A DNA stretch of 64,000 nucleotides, from NCBI GenBank assembly GCA_963514005.1, contig OY740790.1, positions 48,918,001 to 48,982,000 of the forward strand. The letters run 5' to 3'. Within the stretch, counting starts at the first letter, position 1, and every line of letters starts with the position of its first letter. The position numbers and the translations under genes were made by a program. This DNA is from Raja brachyura. Lineage: Eukaryota. Positions 30,180 to 44,330 of the stretch are shown one piece after another. The notes beneath the pieces are model-generated. The model was given only the letters and a program-made list of their open reading frames with translations. It was not told the DNA's origin and did no database searches.

Positions 30180-31275
30180 TAGACCATAGAACAGCACAGG
30201 AACGGGGCCATTCAGCCCACAATGTTTTTGTGCTCTTGAGGGTGGCACAGTGGCGCAGCGATAGAGTTGTTGCCTTACAGTGCCCAAGATCCGTGTTTGT
30301 TCCTGACTACCAGTGCTGTCTGTCTGTCTGGAGTCTGTACATCTTTCCTGTGACAGTGTGGGTTTTCTCTGGGTGCTCTGGTGTCCTGTCACACTACAAA
30401 GATGTACAGGTTTGTAGGTTAATTGGCTTTGGTAAAATTGTAAATTATTCCTAGTGTGTAGGAAAATGCAACTTAACTGGGTGATCGCTGGTCGGCGCTG
30501 ACTCAGTGGGCCAAAGGGCCTGTTTCTGAGTTGTATCTGTAAAAATTAAACTAAATGATGCCTAGTTAACCTGTTCTCATATTCATGTACATGATGTGTA
30601 TCCCTATATTCCGTGCACCTTCATGTGCCTATCTAAAAGCCTCTTAAGCACCACTATTGTATCTGCCCCAACCATCACGCCGCCAATGCGTTCCAGGCGC
30701 CCGTCGCTCTCTGTGTAAAAAGACTTGTCCCACGCATCTCCATTGAACTTTCCCCCTCCACCTTGTAGCTACGCCCTCTAGTGTTGGACATTTCCATCCT
30801 GGGAAAAGAATATTAGTGTCTACCCTACCTGTACCTGTCGTAGTTTTATATACTGCTATCATGTTTCTCAACCTCCGACATTCGAGAGAAAACAATCCAA
30901 GTCTATCCAACCTCCCCCTGTTACTGAAACCCCCTAATCCAGGCAGCATTCTGGTAAACCTCCTCTGCACCCGCTCCCAAGCCTCCACATCTTTCATGTA
31001 ATACGACGTCCAGAACTGCACAAGATACCACAAATGCGGCCTAGCCACAGTCCTATAGAACTGCATCATGAATTCCTGACTCTTTTATTCAATGCCCCAA
31101 GCAATGAAGACAAGTACACCATGTGCATTCTTTACCACCCTTTCTACTTGTGCTGCCACCTATAGGGAGCGATGAACTTGGACTGCAAGATCCCTGTGCA
31201 TTCAATGTTGTTAAAAGTCTTGCCATTAACTGTATACTCCCTCCTTACATTCATCCTCCCAAAGTGCAACACCAT
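30180..31275 (-). mobile_element. CR1 LINE 3' fragment with a V-SINE inserted in its 3' UTR
   Basis: ORF 30644-31069: MMQFYRTVARPHL..VQFW..KDVEAWERVQRRFTRML..LGLFSLECRRLR. Confidence 0.88.
30240..30555 (+). mobile_element. HE1-type V-SINE
   Basis: GGTGGCACAGTGGCGCAGCGATAGAG head, V-domain, GGGCCAAAGGGCCTGTTTC tail. Confidence 0.85.
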
Positions 31276-31740
31276 GATTTTGATGAATGATGGTGTAGCT
31301 TTAAAGGGCCAAATGGCCTGCGCCTGCTGCTATTTCATATGATCGTACGCGACAACACACCCTCTAGATTATTCGCTCAGTCTCTGCAATGAGCCTCAAT
31401 TCCACAGTCTTTTGAATCATTGTCAAGAGTGCTAACAATGAACAATGCTGCAACAGTAGAACAAAATTAAACTATATGAATTGCTCTTTTGTTACATTAT
31501 TATTGGTATTAGTTGGTATTGGTTTATTATTGTCAATGTACTAAGAAAAGCTATGTTTTGCGTACCATCCAGGCAAATCATACCATACAGGAGCACAACA
31601 AGTAGGACAAAGAGAGAAAGGAAATGGAGCGCAGAGTAGTGAAAATGCTGCAGAGAAAATGCAGATTTAAAAAAAACTGTTCCGGGGTTGAAATGAGATA
31701 GATTGGAAAATCGGGAATATATCCTTAGTTTATGAGAAGG

Positions 31741-31898
31741 TGTGTATGAAGGAACTGCAGATGCTGGTTTACACCGAAGACAGACACAAAAAGCTGAAGT
31801 GACTCAACAGGTCAAGATCCTTCCTGAAATGTCACCTATTCCTTTTCTCCAGAGATGCTGCCTGACCCACTGAGTTACTCCAGCTTTTTGTGTCTATG
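31741..31898. mobile_element. Penelope-derived element, inverted arrangement
   Basis: AGACACAAAAAGCTGAAGTGACTCA is inverted to TGAGTTACTCCAGCTTTTTGTGTCT. Near-TSD TTAGTTTATGAG (31725-31736) / TTAGTTTATAAG (31899-31910). Confidence 0.75.
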
Positions 31899-31907
31899 TT
31901 AGTTTAT

Positions 31908-32065
31908 AAGCCAATTAACCTACAAACTTGCATGTCTTTGGAATGTGGGAGGAAAACTGAGCATCCGAAGAAAACTCACGCGGTCACAGGGAGCATGTGC
32001 AAAGTCCGCACAGACAGCACCCATAGTCACGACCGAACCTGGGTCTCTGGTGCAGTGAGCCGCCA
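31908..32065 (-). mobile_element. HE1-type V-SINE, partial
   Basis: AAGCCAATTAACCTACAAAC..TGTGGGAGGAAAACTGAGCA..AGACAGCACCCATAGTC. Confidence 0.8.
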
Positions 32066-34857
32066 TTAATTCTGACGACATGATATTTTAGCAGTCCAGG
32101 TGAGGGCACTCTCCAGGTATATCCTGTTATCATATTGCTCATTCCCAGGTATCCCAGACTAGCACTGGTTAAATGCTTTGCACCCAAGCAGACGGTTTTT
32201 AGAATCTAGGATTTAAAATATGCCATGTTCATGAGTCAGTTTAAGATGTTTTCTGAATTATAATCAGAAGCGAGTGAGTATTGTTAAACAGCTGGCGACA
32301 GAAAGGAGAGGGTAGATAATTTCATTTCGACATGGTTTTTAAGTTATTTTTAAAAGACAATGTCCAAATCTCCCTGCTATGGAAAAGTTCAAGGGCTCCT
32401 ATTAATTCAAAATGAAAATGACAAATTCATCTTCTGATGACAATTAAATGAAGTATATTGTAATTGATACTAATTAAGCTATTGAGAGCTATTTCCTACA
32501 TTACAGTCTGCACTAAAAACTGCTAGCACAGCATATTTTTTGACATTTTTTGGTCAGCAGAGAGATTTGTTCAGTCAAGCTGCTCGAGGATTATGGAACG
32601 CAGCAGTTCTTAAAAAAATGCGACACGTGTATGATTAGTTAAAAATGTATATCAATGCCAGTTCCCGACATGAGCTTGCCTGCTGAGCTTTTCAGATCTC
32701 TACGGGTACTCGTTTCCACATCAAAAGGGGACCCCCCTTTAAATCAGCTCTTTTATAAATTTCATTAGGAATACAGGTAACTGACAATTTACATTTGTAA
32801 CCAAAAATTTACTGCCTTCATCTGGATGTGGTTTTCTCCACATCATTTTCCAGTCAAACATCAACCGTTTGGTGCTAAAATGCAGCCGTCTTTCTAACTA
32901 TGACAATGTTAGCACATTTAGTTGATTTAAGTAGATTTTTTTTTCTAATGAGGTGCTTTGTTCTTTTGCCATGCTTTGCTGTTTGAGGGACAGACATATA
33001 CCGTATACGGCACAATAATGAAGCATTAGACATTTGTGCCACTTTAAGGAAGAATAAAAAAAACAGGCATTAACTTTTTTTGAAATCGTTTGAAATCCTG
33101 AATTTTTTTTAACTCACTTTGGCCTGCCTCCAATTACTTTCTTTTATCACCTAGTTTTTTGTTGTTGTGGCAAGAAAGGTGTCTGGTGCTAAGGACATGA
33201 TGTGTGTGTTGCATATACACACTCTATTTAAGTAGAATAAATGGTGATCTTTGGAAAGAATAAAAGACATAAAAATGTTAACTTATTAATTCATTAATAT
33301 AGATTTGCATGAAGCATGTTAACAAGGTTGTTTCACCATTTTAATTTCTCATAAAGATCAAACACCTGTGAAAATAATTACGATTGGTTTTAATAGCATT
33401 TTACTTTCCTTTGAAAGCGTAAACGTAGGATGCCAGCATCAGTAAGAAACGAACCAGATTTAAAAGATTATTGAGCCTAGATTTGATGTAAATTAATCTG
33501 ACTAAAAAGTTGTTAATATAGATTGTGAATCACATCAGTAAATGTCCCGTTTCAATGCCATAAATTCTTTAATGTGTAAATTCGGTGCACACAACAAAAT
33601 TCCATAAACATCTACTCCTTATAAGGGGAAGCGTCCTATTTCTGCAGATGCGATTGAATGATTGTGGCACCTTCCAGATCTAAACTAGCCGCCAAGGAAC
33701 AACATCAAGCTGCATTGATATTGCCTTTCTAATTTTCTCGCTAGTTTCATATTCTTTTCCTTCACATTAACTGGAGACTACATGAGGTAGGGGTGATTTG
33801 CAGCCTGCCATTGTGCTACTGAGAAGACATATAGTTATGACTCCATTGGCTGTGGCTGAAGTGGAAGGACTCCAACTCTGCTGCAAAATGACCAACAAGA
33901 GGGGTAAAACGGAGGGGAGTGCACCTGGGATGCCAGATGTTGCTGTTGAGCCCTCTGGAGGTGTTGTGGGCCTATCAACGAAACACCAAAGAAGGAGGGT
34001 GCCTACCTGATGACCCCAATTATGTTTTTACCCCTACCCCCACTCAAGATAGTGAGGTGCCAATTTTAGTAGGGATTGTAATATCAAGCCCTATAAGCCC
34101 AACAAGGCATTTGCAGCACCTATGTGGCATCCAAGCATTCCTGAGCCATTGCTTCAGTGGAAGATCCTCTTTTAAGGCGATTCCAATTTTTTGCGTGCAC
34201 CCTTTCTGTTATTTAGCGGCATCTTTTTTGGGGTGGGTAGAAACACCTGATGAAGGAAACGGAATCAGAGGGAGTTGAAGTTTAATTTGCAAGGCATATT
34301 CTTACAAATAGTTTTCAGGAAACTATTTGCAACACACAGATGATCTTCATTGTCCATTGGGTGTTTCAAATAACTTGTCCGAGAAATAGATAACTGGAAG
34401 GGATTGAGGTGAGCAAAATATTTGGCAAAACTCGAAGAAACATTCCATGATTTTGAATTCTGTACCAATATTCTGACTCTTGAGCCAGGCTGGATCTTTT
34501 AATTCCAAGACATTGATAATTAAGTATCCCCAGACTTGTTGAGTCACAGAATTTGTGGGGTTCGACACAGGAGCTGAAATCTCCTCGACTAAACTCCAGG
34601 TGGCCGTGCAATAGACTGTCCTATCCATTTATGTTGTCAGTCTTATCAATGCAGGAACCTTACCTGAGCCCAATACAAACAGGGTTGTGTGGCTTAAGTT
34701 GTTAAGGTTTTAGCAGAACTCTAGAGCAAACTTTGTGTTTCTAAACTAAAGCTTTGTCAACTTGTACTTTAGCACTCTTGGCATGGACAAGTTAAATGTA
34801 CTCATAGTGAAAGGGAGTGTACAGATCTATTGCATAGAGACCTATCACATAATACAT

Positions 34858-34962
34858 AAGTCTGAAGAAGGGTATCGACCCGAAACATCACCCATTCCTT
34901 CTCTCCAAAGATGCTGCCTGAGTTACCAGAGATCCCGCTGAGTTACTTCAGCTTTTTGTATC
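34858..34962 (+). mobile_element. Penelope-derived short element with decayed hammerhead core
   Basis: AGTCTGAAGAAGGGTATCGACCCGAAACATC (GTC mutated to ATC), followed by the family body. Confidence 0.8.
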
Positions 34963-36148
34963 ATATAATGGATGCACACATATTATAAATATGAATTTCT
35001 GCATAAGCCAGACATCTCTTCTCCCCAAAACAGGGTATCTTATTGAGGAAGTAACAACCACTCTGCGAAAGGTAGTATTAGTTGAAGTATTAGCAATTTT
35101 GCCTTAACTAGCTCATGTCATGCTTTGGAAGGAGACAGATGGCCGTTGCGTCTGATCACAAGGTATCCTTCATTTCACTGTTGGCGCCCGAAGAAGTCAG
35201 AATCGGAAAACACTATATACATTAAGATTTCCGCAGAATAGTAATCAATCCTTCTTCATGCATCATGTCGCTTCATCCACTACTCTGAGTATATCACTGC
35301 GTATTCCTTCCTGTAAATCACTGTAACTATCTGACCTATTCACACCTACTTTGTGTTATGTGGGTGACAGTATGCAGGTTTGAAAGAATGCTGTTTGGAT
35401 TTTAGGCAGATCTACAGAAACATTATTTGGTACATGGCAATGCATTTGAATACAAACCTTGGATACCATTTTGCACAACACAACAAAACCCTTATTTCTA
35501 ACTTCTGAAAATAATACTCATTAGCAAAATAAAAGTATATAAATGGAAAGGATAACTTGCATTGACTTACTTTTACTGAAGTCCCTGTCAAAACATTCTA
35601 TAATTTCTTACAACCAATGAATTACTTCTGGTTTAGTCAGCATAGTTGAACAATAATGTGACAATGGGCAGACAGACTGTTTTTTAGTTTTATTGAATGT
35701 TTTCAATGTTTCTGAACGTAACTAACATTCAGATGTTAGTTATGTTCAGGGAAAAAAACAATCAAATGAAATAAACATTGACATTTCTTAATGAGTTATT
35801 AATTTTAGAAAATAAAATCAACTTATTTTATTAGAAAGTTTAAACAAAACATAAATAATGAAAAAAGAATGTTGTTTAGTTTATTTTGACTTTTCCTGAA
35901 ATCAAAACGATGAGGTTTGAGTATCTGAGAGCAGATTCTACAGTACGAAGTCTGGGTGATCTCAGTGAGCTCCTGCAGTACCACTGGAGTCAATTCAAGT
36001 GTCCAGTGGCAGAATATGGACTACGTATTCACTGGACAGCAAGGTTAAGATTTTCATAGGTATGTGTGAGTCGTGATCTTCTGGGCACACACGTGGTTAA
36101 AGACCAGCTGTGTGGAAATGGCAGTATTTACTGGTGAAATCTGAGCAA

Positions 36149-36300
36149 GGTAGACACAAAAAGCCGGAGTAACTCAGTGGGATAGGCAGCATCTCTGGAG
36201 AGAAGGAATGTGTAAAATTTCTGGTTGAGACCATTTTCAGACTAGTTAGGGAAAAGGGAAACAAGAGATTTGGACGATGATGGCGAGAGATATAGAACAA
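36149..36300 (-). mobile_element. Penelope-derived element
   Basis: GTAGACACAAAAGCCGGAGTAACTCAG..GGCAGCATCTCTGGAGAG..TTCAGACT plus a purine-rich upstream UTR. Confidence 0.7.
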
Positions 36301-38394
36301 TAAATGAAAGATATGGAATATACATTTGAATAATGAAAAATGTTCACTAAAAATAAATGCAATGGCAAGTGAGATGACGGTGACAGGGGGTAAATTCCAC
36401 CCCTCATCCCCCCCCAAAAAAAAGGGGTTAAGTTATATTACACTATATATTTTTTAAAGTGACGAGGTTGGAACCAAAAGCATCCTAGCATGTAGTTTTG
36501 ATTCTACAGAAATCGCAGGATTTGAGATCAACAAAAGCATCAGTGATGATCCCTATTTTTCCTTTGGTAAAATGGGTATACAGCCACACGTGAAGTCAAT
36601 ATTTATGCAGCGTTTAAAATTCATTGGAGCACCTGTGCTGCAGATCCAATAAGTACTTCCATCTGGGTCCGCGTGTGCAGTTAGAACCTTATCAACTCTT
36701 TATCCTGACAAATCATGACGCACAGATATGTAGTAAAACTAATTTATCATATGCGAACATTGCACTATGGAACCATAACAGAAGAACTAGACTTTAGCAA
36801 GTGTATTACACGGATAATGTATTTGACATTAATAAACTGGTGTATAGCTCAATATCACAGATGTGGGATGCCGATAAAGTGTGACAGATTGCTTATTGAT
36901 GAAATACATATGTTTGGAGTCATCAGCTTAGGCTTCCCTTACAGAATAAGGTAGATCATTACATAGTTTAGTGTAGTGGGACTAAAATCTTTGCATGCTG
37001 TGATGAAAGAAACTGCCTGTGTTCCGAGGTATAAGTAGTGGAAACTCAAAAGGAACAAAAGGACTTCAAGATGTTAATGGGTGAAGATTCTGGTCACAAT
37101 AAACTGGTCAGGTTAACAGCCTGGTCATAATGCAGCTTGTAATATGGGGAAGGCATGTCTGCTGCAATGAATGTATTTGTTATTTTATTTTAATAAAAGA
37201 CAGCTTCTTTTAAAAAAAAGCTGTACAATTTTTCATACTGTGAAAAATCATACTGACATAGTATCTGCAAAGAAGCAGCATGAAAAGAGCTTGCTTCAAA
37301 TCTGATTGTTACTGATATGACAAGATCTCTTTTTAGTGTGATCGGGAAACATGAGTGTGAGCAGTGACATTGATTAGATTTAGTTGTTCTGGAACAAATC
37401 TGAGTGATCTAAAAGACAGTGGAAGCTTTCATTAAGAACTTTCTTTTGGATAAATATGATCGAATTTGAAGAATTGTTTTGGAAATGAGTTTTCTGACTG
37501 CATGTATTTAACACTACTGTATAACAACACATTTTCTTGTATTTGCTAAGGGAGCTTTTCTCGTGAAATTAAAATCTTTACATTGGGAAGGATTCCTCAC
37601 TGCAAAGAATCATGTGTGAATTGAGTATTTTGTTTGTTTGCCTTCTGCTTGCTTATGTTGCTCAAAATTTATTGAACTCTTTGGACCGCAGTAATTATAC
37701 ATTTTGATAGAGTTCTGTAACCTTTAGTTGAAAGTCAATGAATTCTGTAATAATAAAGGTGGAATTAAATTTATGCTTCACATGTGTCATTTGGAAAAAT
37801 CTCTAGTGTCAAATGTTTAAGTGATTCTTGGGCTTCCTTTTAATAATACATGGGAGCTGAGGGTGACCCATTATTTGGTTTCTTTTTTCCATTATAAATG
37901 GCACAAATTATCCCAATCCAGTCGTTGAGCACCTTACCTTTCTGGCCGATTTCTGAAAGTAGAAGGTTTTAATGACACAGGCTGCATTTCAAACCTATTC
38001 CTTGCCTGGTAAAGGCTTTGGGTTGTTTCTGACATGTTAAAGAATATCTAAGTACATGTCTGCTCCATTCAGTCGCAGCTTCAAACTTCTCTTTCCTGCC
38101 TCTGCAAACAGTGATGATGCCCAAAATTAAGTCAGTGGAGTCAAGATAACATCAATATTGCCTGTTTGCTTGACATCTATGCACGGAGACAATGAACATT
38201 GCTTCGCAGGCAAATTTGACAGTCTTATTTTGGTACTTGTTTTTTGCCTCCTTCCTTCTTGCCAAAGAAATGCTTTGTGAATATTTCCAGGAGCCACCCA
38301 CTGCTCATCTAGTCTCTCAAAAAATTATTACATTTGGGTGTAAGGATGATTTTGAAAAAAACAATAGTAGAGTGCGGAATCCATATGTTTAGGA

Positions 38395-38628
38395 ACAGAA
38401 AAAAAAATAGCTGCAGGAGTAGGCCATTCCACCCTTCGAGCTAGCACCGCAATTCAGTATGATCATGGCTGATCATCTAAAATCAGTACCCAGTTCCTGC
38501 TTTTTCCCCATATCCCTTTATTCCATTAGCCCTAATGAATAAATCTAACTCTCTCTTGAAAACATCCAGTGAATTGGCCTCCACTGCTTTCTGTGGCAGA
38601 GAATTCCACAGATTCACAACTGTCTGGG
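38395..38628 (-). mobile_element. CR1 LINE 3' fragment
   Basis: GCAGGAGTAGGCCATTC..GATCATGGCTGATC..GGCCTCCACTGCTTTCTGTGGCAGAGAATTCCACAGATTCACAAC. Confidence 0.8.
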
Positions 38629-41600
38629 TTTATCATCTTAAGTATCTCATAATCTGTGGGCACATTTGGAATGTTAGGTCGATATTTAAGGAAAATAATA
38701 TCAAGAATAGCTAGCCTTCTGACACTAAATGGTCCGTTGGTTCTTTATTATAACATGTACACTGCACAGTGAAATTCTTTTTGCATAGCCCACACATGCA
38801 TGGGTCACCATATTTTGGCAACATTTACAAAAATCCAAAGTCCGGTCCTTGTGCTCGATATACTGGAACGGCTCCCAATCCAGATACATCCCAGGCTGCT
38901 GCAGGGGCCTCCTCCGTCGCCCTCGACCGGCTCGGCCCACAAACCCATGTTCCTCTCTTCGCCCGACCGCCACTGTGTCAAGCGCCTCCTGCAGCCGACC
39001 TTGAAGGTGCTAGAAGCAATAAGCCGGTCCCACTCCCACCGTCCAACTCCTCACATGATGCCTGCACCATACCCCATGCCCAATCCTAATCAGTAATGTT
39101 GATAATAATAATATTAATAATATTTATTAATAATAATAAGATGCAGATCAGAGCCATTGTACCTTTGTGCTCCACAATTCCCTAAAACCAAACAACTAGA
39201 TGGGGCTCTGAGCAGTTTGATCTTTATACTTTCTGACAGAGGATGCTGAGGAACTCCCTGAAAGACAGTTAGAAGCGAGAAGTTATTAAAAAAGAGAACT
39301 AGATTTAGGCAGTTGTGTTATATTTCATTTGGAAAATGTTTTATTTTGGAAAAACATGTTAAATGTTTTCAGTTTGCTTATGAATAATAATTAATTTAAT
39401 GATTACCTATTGCAACTTAAAATGATTTAAATATGAATTTTATTTTGATAGTTTCTCCAACAACATGGCTGCTACATTATAATAGTGAATGTACAGATGT
39501 CTTTCTCTCATTTGTGCAGCATAATACAAATAGAGCAAATAATAGAAAGCAAAGAGAGCAAAATAATTCTAGCAAGATCACAATACTTGTAGATGTTTCG
39601 AGTAATAGAAATTGAGTTTGATCTGAATCCACAGTCCTTGTGTCAATCTTCAACTTCTGTCTATTTAGAGCCTTTTGCACATTAGTCTGAGAAAGTAATG
39701 TTTTAAGAAGTATGTGTAGAATCAGAGAATTGCGAAGCAGCGAAATGTGTCCTTTCGGCCTACCACATCCATGCCAGCTGTGATGTCTCGCTAGGCTAAT
39801 CCCATTTACCTACATTAGTCCCGTATCACTCTAGGCTTTTCCTATCCAAGTACATGAATTTGCACTGTTTCTGTCAGCAATTCAATCAGATGGGCACCAG
39901 TGTTAAGGACGCAATGTACAGTAGGATAGTGGATGGGGTATGCAGTGGGTTGGAAGTGATTTCACCTTAATAAAAAATGTGATTGATGCATCTTGCTGAT
40001 GCTTGATGGCTGGCACAGTCTCGGTGAGCCAGAGGGGTTATTTCTATGCTATATTTCTCTATGTAAATGGTGGAGATGTGTGGAGAAGTACAATATGGAC
40101 TCCGCATATAATTTTGTGAGTACACTTTGAAATATTGTATCTTTTAATCAAAATTGTTCATATGAAATTGATCTGTAGTTATTCTACCACAGAGGATGTG
40201 TCTCGTTTCATTTGCTTGAAACCATGTACTTCAGGCAAACAGTTTGCATGCATGTCATTGATTGTTTTTGTAGTTATTACTGTTATTGGGGCAGCATTGC
40301 TGGAAACGCAATCATCACATTGATCAGGTGTTGTGTCTCTATTAAGCAAAGCCCACCATCACTGACACCAATCCTAACAATCAATTGGTGCCTGAAAAAC
40401 GGAAGAAAGCCTCAATTAACTGGCATTGATGATATTTTGAGCACACAGGTTCCCGGCGCAGGACTGCGAGACTATTACAACCTTGAACGAAAGCAGCTCG
40501 CCAGTAGTGGTTCCTGGCTTGATGACGGTTTACCTGGTCTCTAACTTCTGCCAAGCTATAATGCAATAATTGCACTGAAAGCAGTAGGAACGTCGGCCTT
40601 TGCTATGAAAAGCTTTCATAATTTCCTCAGGGTTTCATACTGAGCTGTAAAAACTCGGGGATATCAAACATCGCCCTCAGTGGGAGCAGATCACTGTCTG
40701 CATTTTGCTCTATGAAATGCCTTTGCAGTTTGCTGCATCCAGTTTATTCCCACTCCCTGTGGCTAAAAGTTGCAGAGTAAAATGTCTGCACTCTTATACT
40801 CAGCTGAAACATTGCTCTTTTCCCATGAAAATCAATTTTGACTTGAAGCTGTCAAGTCAATCTAATAGCGGGTCATTTGCTAACTCACAATAGTGCAACT
40901 ATACCTGATAGGTGTAAGTATGTATACACTTTTGATGTACGTAAGAAAGAAAGCTTGTTGGGTTTCAGGTGTCAAGCATTGCCTGCGATCTATAAGGGCT
41001 CATATAGCTTGCACTTGTTTGGGTTGATCTGAGCTGCCTTTCTCCTCAAGGGGAAACTCATGTCACTTTATGTTAGCCCATACAGCTGCTGGCTGTTAAC
41101 TCAAACTGCACTTAGCAGAAACAGACTGAGCGATTGAAATGTGGAATGTTCCTAAGGGTGGTGCCCGTGAGGTGGAGGCAGAGAGGGGTTAGCATTTTTG
41201 GCAGCCTGTGTCCAAATGAGCAGAAATTACTGAAATGATAATAAATGTAGATGGTCTGGACAGAATGAAATGATCCATCTCGGTGCATAAGCAGCACTTG
41301 AGCTGTATTCAATCAGCCTGTCAAACTTATTGCCTGGCATTTTTGTGAAGAATCTGTCCACTAAAATTTTTTGTCATTCCTATTTCCTTGTTATCAGTCC
41401 GCTCCTCAATGGCGACCGGAGATTAACAACAATTCATAGAGCACATCCATTCCTGATAAACCTTATCCATTACTTCACGATCCGCGGGTCCATCCCATTT
41501 CACCTCAACCATTTATCATCTTTAACGCTGACAGCTAAACAGAGTGCTTTAAAATTTATCTCGGTGTGTCGACAGGGCGGATCTATTCGTCAACCTGTAG

Positions 41601-43984
41601 AGGTGCAGCTTAGCCTCTTCCTCTTCTTATCAGGATTCCACAGTAAAAGATTTGGCAGAGATGCCCGATTAATCATTGGCCGCATCAATTTGCTTGATTT
41701 ACTCTCTTGTGGGAAAAGGGTGTAAACACAGCGTACTGAGGCAGCGCGAAACATAATGTGTCTGTCTATAGGAAAAACATTAGCAGATCATCCTGTCTTG
41801 TGATTGATGGAGAAGTGAAAGGCACAACTCTGGCGGGTTTGAATCTTACAAAGGACAATAAAAAGGTGAAGCTGTTATTAAAAAAAAAAATCAGATCAAC
41901 AATTTTAGGCATGTCACTTCAACATAGACTTTGATGTTTTAATTTGTGTTTGCAAACATAAAATTGGTATTGTTAAGAAGACAAAAATAAGACCAAGTGG
42001 AAAAAAAAACTGATTATCGTTACATTTCACTGAAAGGTTCTTGCCGTTAATTATTCTTCTCTGTATATTTGTGCAAAAAATTCTCCAAGTTTTTGCAGTG
42101 TTCAGCAACAATAGGGTTAAGTGGAAAATAACATATACGGTTTCAGCAGCGGGTCAATACTGACTTGAACAAAAGTTTCATCAAGATTTACTTATTTTCC
42201 CCCTTGCTTTCACAACGTGTCTTTAGGTGTCTCCCTCACTCTGCCTCTCCCCTGCACTCAATGTCCCCTTCACTGAAGTTTTTCAGCGAAAACGAAATGT
42301 AAAAAAAGAAAATATATTCCAGTATAAATCTATCATCTATCAAGGCAGTGACTGGATTGTGTTTCATTATAAAACATTGCAGGAGTCACTCAGATACGTG
42401 CTGACACTCTTTGAAAAATTCTGAAAGAATTGGCAGCCAACCTGTTAGGGAGGAGACCAGATTAGAAATTGCAGCTGAACATGCACATCTTTTTAATGCT
42501 TGAATAAATGGCATTCATAATCAACAATTTGTACATAATGGGATTACATTCTTATCTTTAGCCAGTCTGCCTTTCTTTTCTCTCAATCTACCTGATGATT
42601 CTGCTTTTACATGCTGGTGTGTTATTATCTAGGCTTCAGTTTAGCAGATGCTATTGTGCATTTATGATGTTAATTAGTGATGCTATTTGTAAAACATTTA
42701 TATTTTTGTTTTGGATAGTTTGAACCAATGCCAAGATGCAACTAACTTATTTCCTCGGGAATAACATAAATTTTCTCTCATCTTGTTGGAATTGTCTTCT
42801 TGTGATTTAGTAACACACTGAGGTGGAAGGGCCCTATGGGCAGTCCAAGCAATTGGGATGAGTTGAGGGTGAATGAATGACAAATGCTACAGTATACTCA
42901 TATGCACTCACACTGTGTGTATACGCACACACTGATGTAGTGTACACTACATAACACTCATATCCAATAAAAATAGAGGTCATCTGTGCACCAATGTTAC
43001 TTTAATATTGTTGCTAGCTGTTTCAAGTAAAAGAAGAGTTTGTTAATTTATGTAATTATTACAATATTAGCAATCCAGGATCACCATTAACACCTTTAAT
43101 GAATACCTGGTTTCACTGCCATTCATGAACTAGTTTCCAGATGATTGTAGGATTGAATGTAGAACTGCATTAGAAAGAGGGCTCAAATATCAATCAGCTG
43201 TCTCCACTGCACATGCAGAGATGTTTCCTGTTCCTGCACGAGCACTTTACTGTGATATTTTGTCCTTTACCTGTGTGGTAGATAGCACACTTTAGGCTAG
43301 GTATGATGAGTAATGCTTCATAATCACCATATGAGACTTAAGAGATCACAGACTTCAAGAAAAGGTGACGCAAGGGCATATTTCCAGGATAGTTTGCGTT
43401 GAAGTGCAACTCGCTTGAGAGGGAGACGTGACCATCTCTCCTATATTCTGCTGCACTGATTGCTGTCATACCAAAGGAACATTGATAGCATTTGTGGCTC
43501 ACTAATGCTTCCAATATCAGACCAACTCTTATCCCATGTTTGAAGGAGCAATCATGCTGAGTTTTCCAATACCAGCACGAAGATAAAGCTAAAATTCTTT
43601 GAAGAAGCTCCAACTGATGGTTTCAAAGTAGTTCATGAAACAAACTACGAAGTAAGACTGAGCATCAGGGAGAAGAACAAGAGGATCCATCGTAAGCTTT
43701 ATTTTATCCTGTGGAGCTGTTGATTTAGTATCATAGTTATTACAGCTTGGACAATCAAAGAATACAATAAAAGAAAGTGCAATTCCTCAGAAACTGGTAA
43801 AATTATAACATTTCACGCATAAATCACTTCCATTGGGTTTCAAAATCTTATGCATTAATTGACAGTACGTTGCATTTTATCTACCTCCATCCACAAAGCA
43901 GCATGTTAACTCCCCCCAAACCCCCAGATTGTACAGTTCATCATATTATTTTGCTGGTGGTGGTGGTGATGGGTGGGGAAGGGG

Positions 43985-44330
43985 TGGGATAATGTGACCA
44001 GCATTTATCGTCCACCTCAAATTATCCCAAAGCAGGATGACGTGCCAGGCCACTTTGGAGGTCAGCATATAGTTGCTGGGCTGGAATTGCACTTGGGCCA
44101 GAATAGGTAGGATGGCAGATTTACTCCCCCCCCCCCCCCTCCCCCCCAAGGACAGAGGTGAACCAAATTGGTTTATATAACAATACAGTTGTTTCATGTT
44201 TATCTTGACTGAAATTTACTTTTTTTAATTTCTAGATTGTTAACCAAATGTAAAATCCACAACTGATTTTTGGATAATTAGTCCAGGTCTCCGAGTAACT
44301 AAGCCACAAATTTACTCATTGCATCACCAT
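43985..44330 (-). mobile_element. Old elasmobranch SINE-like repeat (same family as 614-1060)
   Basis: ACCAGCATTTAT..GGATGGCAGATTT..AAGGACA..GTGAACCA..TTCATG..TAGTCCAG. Confidence 0.45.

Noticed and set aside
38725-39096. GC-rich segment with three overlapping short ORFs
   Set aside because: It begins with a TTTATT..ACATGTAC..CAGTGAAATTC retroposon-type tail, so it is most likely an unclassified repeat. The peptides are not recognisable.
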